Assembly: GCA_034435515.1 (NCBI GenBank)
Contig: DAOTXG010000013.1
Coordinates: 1-35,446, forward strand
Origin: Anaerolineales bacterium
Lineage (GTDB): Bacteria; Chloroflexota; Anaerolineae; Anaerolineales; UBA6663
DNA length: 35,446 nucleotides
Direction: 5' to 3'
In this document: positions 32,070-35,446 of the stretch, in pieces
How the letters are laid out: every line of letters begins with the position of its first letter
How positions within the stretch are numbered: the first letter of the stretch is position 1
Notes under the pieces: generated by a model
The model's input: the letters and a program-made list of their open reading frames with translations, nothing else
The model's database searches: none
What the model was told of the DNA's origin: nothing
Translations under genes and position numbers: made by a program

Positions 32070-32543
32070 TTATCCCCGGATCTCCGCCACTTTGGCCAAC
32101 AACTGCTCCACGTTCGGCGCGCCCTGCGGGATGACCTCGCTGTGGCGCACGACGCCGTCCCGGTCAACGATGATGATGGCGCGGCGGCTGTAGCCCTTGT
32201 CCTCGCGCCACAGCCCGTAGGCCTGGGTGACCGCGCCTTTCGGATGGAAGTCGGCCAGCAGCGGAAAGGCGATGCCGCCCAACTGCTCGGAAAAGGCCCC
32301 GTGCGAATGGACGCTGTCCACGCTGATGCCCAGCACCTGGGCGTTAAGCTCCTCGAAGCGGGAGAGATTCTCCTGCAGTGACCGGAGCTCAATCCGTCAA
32401 GTGCCGGTGAAGTCTAAAACGTAGAAAGCCAGCACGACGATCTTGCCGCGCAGCTCGGCCAGGCTGACCGGGCTGAGGCCCGTGTGCGCCGACAGTGAAA
32501 AGAGCGGGGCTTTCTCCCCGACCGCAATGGGGGTATCAGCCAT
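32070..32543 (-). CDS. peroxiredoxin (AhpC/TSA-BCP type) with in-frame TGA at the peroxidatic Cys position; candidate selenoprotein, alternatively a nonsense pseudogene
   Basis: The two track ORFs 32397..32606 and 32070..32336 are in the same frame and joined by a single TGA at 32397-32399. The ATG at 32543 has AAGGAAA upstream. The protein reads ...VVLAFYVLDFTGT[TGA]RIELRSLQENLSRFEELNAQVLGISVDSVHSHGAF...RRAIIIVDRDG..., 157 codons in total. Confidence 0.6.
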
Positions 32544-32724
32544 ACGACCATTTCCTTGTGGGTGAGAATGGGGGACATGATACACTCGCCCGCACGAAAA
32601 AAGCAAATTGGGCTACGATTGTCCTAATGGCAGGCGCGCCTCCGGTTCGCGAGGACGGCGAAGTTGTCTGTCCGCGAATAAACGCGAATTGGCGCGAATA
32701 GATTCCGAATTGTGTCTGGCCGAC

Positions 32725-32880
32725 GACTATAGCTATCCAGGTAAATTTTTTCGCGCCGCTCTGTCAACGAATATGAAACGAATAAACGAATATGCTCTCG
32801 CGCCGCCATTCGTTTACGCGAAGCGGTTGATCATTCGTTGACAGCAGAACCTTGAAAAGGACTTTTCTGGACACCGATAA
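32725..32880 (+). repeat. nested-inverted-repeat element, copy 2
   Basis: IR1 is CTGTCAACGAAT (32761-32772) / ATTCGTTGACAG (32833-32844). The flanks match the reverse complement of the flanks of 11744-11890. Confidence 0.75.
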
Positions 32881-33083
32881 CGCGAAGCGGTCACTACGCC
32901 TTTCGCCGTTTCTTCTTATCCGTTTATCCGTTTCGTATCCGTTGACGCCGAGTCAGAATCTTAACCCCCATAGGGCATCCCAGGGACATTAGCCGAAAGG
33001 GCCGATCCGGACTAGAATCAGTCCTGTCAGTGTAGTAAGTCGGCGGGGCCATGCCCCAGTCGGTTAGGTCGAGCGCCAGCGCA

Positions 33084-33111
33084 CGAACCAGCGGTTGGGA
33101 CAGCAGTTCGC
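33084..33111 (+). repeat. 28-nt direct repeat, left copy (CGAACCAGCGGTTGGGACAGCAGTTCGC)
   Basis: Matches 34045-34072 at 26 of 28 positions. Contains the internal dyad CGAAC...GTTCG. Lies 33 nt upstream of the next ATG. Confidence 0.65.
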
Positions 33112-33144
33112 CCGTTGTGTGCCGTCCTTCTCTTCGGAGGAGTC

Positions 33145-33564
33145 ATGAGTACATGGCTGTACCAAATTAGTCCCCAGGAATGGAGCCCCGACCGCTACCG
33201 CGTCGAAATATGGGAGGGCGAGAAATCGGCATGGCCAGTCGGTGCGAAATTCACAGGTGGCAAGACCCCACAGCCAGGTGACACAGTTGTGTTCTTCTAT
33301 TCGCCAACTGGCGGAAGCGACCCCGGTTTCTACGGGTGGGCAGTCGTGCTTGAGTGGTACGAGACGAGTTCAACCCCTCTCTATTTCAGACCAGTAGCCC
33401 CAAGCGACTATTTGAAGATGCATCCCTGGTGGGATACCAGTGCCAGCAAACTGGCAAACATGATACACGGAAAGGTCAAGCAACGAACGCTATGGATAGT
33501 CGAGGGCGACCTTGCGAAAAAAATCCGTCGAGGCATTGCAGAATGGCTGGCCTCACAAACTTGA
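33145..33564 (+). CDS. small protein, possible PUA-like (EVE-type) domain
   Basis: GGAGGAG SD. MSTWLYQISPQEW...PGDTVVFFYSPTGG..GFYGWAVV resembles the EVE/PUA-like N-terminal pattern. G+C is lower by eye. Confidence 0.55.
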   Translation: MSTWLYQISPQEWSPDRYRVEIWEGEKSAWPVGAKFTGGKTPQPGDTVVFFYSPTGGSDPGFYGWAVVLEWYETSSTPLYFRPVAPSDYLKMHPWWDTSASKLANMIHGKVKQRTLWIVEGDLAKKIRRGIAEWLASQT

Positions 33565-33584
33565 CATGCCAAGGAACGAAAACA

Positions 33585-33983
33585 ATGGCCACTCCGCGAT
33601 ACTACTTCATAATGTTCGGTGAGCCAACCCCGCCAGATAAGGACACTATCGAGTCAGGTGTGTACCACCCTAATGCAAATCTCGCGCCGTTTCCAGTTCG
33701 TCCAGGCGACATTCTTCTACTTTACTGCACTGAAAATTACCCCGAACACGCGATGCAAGCCCCAGGTTTTGGAGTCGCAACCCGGATCGACAAGACTGTT
33801 ATCGAATACCGCTACCTACCCTTCACTGAACCCATTTACAAGAGCAATCTCGAACAAGCCTTTCGTCCAGAAGACTTGGACAAGTTCAAGAACAGAAGAT
33901 TTTCGACCTTCTGGCTGTTTGAAATATCAAGGGAATCATTTGCGGCAGCAATTGGTCAAACCACTATTGCATGGCCGCAGTGA
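33585..33983 (+). CDS. small protein, possible PUA-like domain
   Basis: AAGGAA SD 8 nt upstream. RYYFIMFG...RPGDILLLYCT...GFGVATRI. Starts 20 nt after the previous ORF. G+C is lower by eye. Confidence 0.5.
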   Translation: MATPRYYFIMFGEPTPPDKDTIESGVYHPNANLAPFPVRPGDILLLYCTENYPEHAMQAPGFGVATRIDKTVIEYRYLPFTEPIYKSNLEQAFRPEDLDKFKNRRFSTFWLFEISRESFAAAIGQTTIAWPQ

Positions 33984-34044
33984 GTTTCAATTGCAGGCGG
34001 TACCCAACCCGCGCGGTGATCACCGCTGGCTGCGCCTCACCACC

Positions 34045-34072
34045 CGAACCCGCGGTTGGAACAGCAGTTCGC
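34045..34072 (+). repeat. 28-nt direct repeat, right copy (CGAACCCGCGGTTGGAACAGCAGTTCGC)
   Basis: See 33084-33111. Lies 41 nt upstream of the LLM ATG. Confidence 0.65.
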
Positions 34073-34113
34073 TCTCACCATAGCAATGAGCCATCAACTT
34101 AGAGGAGCAGCAT

Positions 34114-34974
34114 ATGCGTTATGGACTTGCTCTTCCCAATGGCGGCGCCTGGGGCGACGCGTGGACGCTCGCCGAACTGGCCCATCTGGCCGAGGAGTCG
34201 GGCTGGGACGGCGTCTTTCTCGAAGACTACATCATCTGGCAGAATCGCCAGGACGTACCCACGTACGATCCCTGGGTTACGCTCGCGGCGATGGCGATGC
34301 GGACGAAACGCATTCGGCTTGGCACAACTGTTACGCCGCTGGCGCGCCGCCGCCCGTGGAAGGTTGCGCGCGAGACGGTCACGCTGGACCACCTGTCGAA
34401 TGGGCGGATCATCCTCGGCGTCGGGTTGGGCGATACCGGTGAGTCCGTTGGGACAGATGCCAGTTTCACGCACTTCGGCGAAGTGACCGAGGCGAAACAG
34501 CGCGCCCAGATGCTGGACGAGGCGCTCGACGTGATTGTGGGACTGTGGAGCGGCGAGCCATTCAGTTACGAGGGCCAGCACTACCGCGTGAAAGAGGTGA
34601 CGCTTCTGCCTCGTCCCGTACAAACGCCGCGCATCCCTATTTGGGTCGGCGGCGGGTGGCCGCTCAAAGGCCCCACCCGGCGCGCCGCTCGCTGGGATGG
34701 GTCATGTCTCTACAAGCACCAGGTCCATTACATGACACCCGACGACGTGCGCGCCTTGAAAGCCGTCGCCCAGCGTCAGCGAGGGTCGCTGGCCGGTTAC
34801 GATATTGCGGTGGGAGGCAGTCGGCGGCGTCCCGATTGGGACGAGGAGCGAGCCTATATTCGGTCGCTGGCGGAGGCGGGCGCCACCTGGTGGAGTGAGT
34901 ATATTTCTCCCGATGTCGGAGACCTGGAGACTGTGCGCGCGTGCATCCAGCGCGGACCACTGCGCATTGACTGA
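34114..34974 (+). CDS. LLM-class (luciferase-like) flavin/F420-dependent oxidoreductase
   Basis: GAGGAG SD. MRYGLALPNGG...LAELAHLAEESGWDGVFLEDY...RIRLGTTVTPL...LDHLSNGRIILGVGLG are typical of the LLM family. Confidence 0.85.
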   Translation: MRYGLALPNGGAWGDAWTLAELAHLAEESGWDGVFLEDYIIWQNRQDVPTYDPWVTLAAMAMRTKRIRLGTTVTPLARRRPWKVARETVTLDHLSNGRIILGVGLGDTGESVGTDASFTHFGEVTEAKQRAQMLDEALDVIVGLWSGEPFSYEGQHYRVKEVTLLPRPVQTPRIPIWVGGGWPLKGPTRRAARWDGSCLYKHQVHYMTPDDVRALKAVAQRQRGSLAGYDIAVGGSRRRPDWDEERAYIRSLAEAGATWWSEYISPDVGDLETVRACIQRGPLRID

Positions 34975-35446
34975 TGAATCAACTGATCATCATCACCCAC
35001 GCCGTGCTGGTCGGCCTGACGCCGCTCATCCCTTTTCCGGTCCTCGACGACCTGGCCAAGGCGTTCTTCTACCGCAATCTCGTCCAGTCGCTGGCGTCGG
35101 CCCACGGCCTGGCTTTGAGCGCGGAAGAGGTCGCTGCCCTGGCCGAGGAGCGAGGCCGCATCAGCCTGAGCGGCTGCCTGTTCGGGCTGCTCGAGTACCT
35201 GGTGAAACGCTTGGTGCGCAAGGTGATCTTCGTCCTGGAATGGCGGCGGGCCATTAATCTCGTGACGCATACGTACTACGTCGGGCATCTACTGGATTAC
35301 GCCTTCAAGCAGGGATGGTATACGCGGGGCGACGCGTGGACGCTCGCCGAACTGGCCCATCTGGCCGAGGAGTCGGGCTGGGACGGCGTCTTTCTCGAAG
35401 ACTACATCATCTGGCAGAATCGCCAGGACGTACCCACGTACGATCC
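34974..35446 (+). CDS. open-ended ORF: 117-aa unknown N-terminal part fused in frame to a second copy of LLM residues 14-53
   Basis: The ATG overlaps the LLM stop (TGATG). There is no stop codon to the window end, and the ORF is absent from the ORF track. From 35326 the DNA is identical to 34151-34271. Confidence 0.45.
   Translation, partial: MNQLIIITHAVLVGLTPLIPFPVLDDLAKAFFYRNLVQSLASAHGLALSAEEVAALAEERGRISLSGCLFGLLEYLVKRLVRKVIFVLEWRRAINLVTHTYYVGHLLDYAFKQGWYTRGDAWTLAELAHLAEESGWDGVFLEDYIIWQNRQDVPTYD
35326..35446 (+). repeat. exact 121-bp direct repeat of 34151-34271 (offset 1175 bp), truncated by the window end
   Basis: Base-by-base identity read from the sequence. The bases preceding the two copies differ (t versus c). 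Confidence 0.9.

Noticed and set aside
32397-32399. Simple nonsense pseudogene or sequencing error in the peroxiredoxin.
   Set aside because: Not fully rejected. It is disfavoured because this is the only lesion in an otherwise intact gene with a good SD, and it coincides exactly with the catalytic Cys codon, one substitution from TGC/TGT. That is the known site of Sec substitution in this family.
33091-33111. Sigma-54 promoter (TGGNAC-N5-TTGC-like) inside the 28-nt direct repeats.
   Set aside because: GG to GC spacing is 11 nt instead of the strictly required 10, in both copies. No enhancer-binding protein gene is nearby.
33084-34072. Integron gene cassette with attC sites.
   Set aside because: The 28-nt repeats do not contain the R''/R' core sites (RYYYAAC / GTTRRRY) in the required inverted arrangement. 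No intI or attI is visible. The two ORFs share one unit rather than one attC each.
34151-35446. Diversity-generating retroelement template/variable repeat pair.
   Set aside because: The two copies are 100 percent identical over 121 bp, with no adenine-specific substitutions. No reverse transcriptase or Avd-like gene is present.
1-35446. tRNA, rRNA, tmRNA, CRISPR arrays, transposases, integrases, phage structural genes.
   Set aside because: I found no T-loop (GGTTCGAATCC-like) or acceptor-stem candidates outside coding sequence. There are no repeat-spacer arrays. No ORF shows DDE, HUH, tyrosine- or serine-recombinase motifs. The scan was by eye only.

Overview
High-G+C bacterial chromosomal window. 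Gene content and repeat style fit a Chloroflexota-like organism, but this is inference only. It is densely coding, with about 35 protein genes. Reading left to right: a DUF5678-like and retropepsin-like protease pair; a 12-repeat secreted LVIVD propeller protein; a choline-kinase-like, MgtC and nitrilase block; a disrupted M42 peptidase; a dimethylglycine/sarcosine-dehydrogenase-like FAD-GcvT fusion with an APC permease; a GT4 glycosyltransferase; a translationally coupled REC-ParA/CpaE-like ATPase, sirtuin and GAF histidine kinase operon; a C39-like peptidase pair; ComD/ComE-type TPP decarboxylase subunits; cyclase, SnoaL, methyltransferase, ThrC-like, class III nucleotide cyclase and class V aminotransferase genes; a livFGMH operon with a tandem-duplicated (double) substrate-binding protein; cupin; peroxiredoxin; two small low-G+C PUA/EVE-like ORFs; an LLM-class oxidoreductase. 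I saw no rRNA, tRNA, CRISPR, transposase, integrase or reverse transcriptase. The items most worth a second look are: (1) a peroxiredoxin whose only interruption is an in-frame TGA exactly at the peroxidatic Cys position, making it a candidate selenoprotein; (2) a roughly 400-nt promoter-to-terminator plus-strand unit with no credible ORF and a 12-bp long-range helix, a candidate structured ncRNA, next to a 5'-truncated aminotransferase remnant; (3) two copies of a roughly 150-bp nested-inverted-repeat element in which a 17-nt segment sits on opposite arms; (4) a low-G+C two-gene PUA/EVE-like cassette bracketed by 28-nt direct repeats; (5) an exact 121-bp direct repeat at the window end that creates an in-frame chimeric ORF; (6) dense families of intergenic heptamer to decamer tandem repeats and perfect hairpins. 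All functional calls come from motif recognition by eye. No database search was run.
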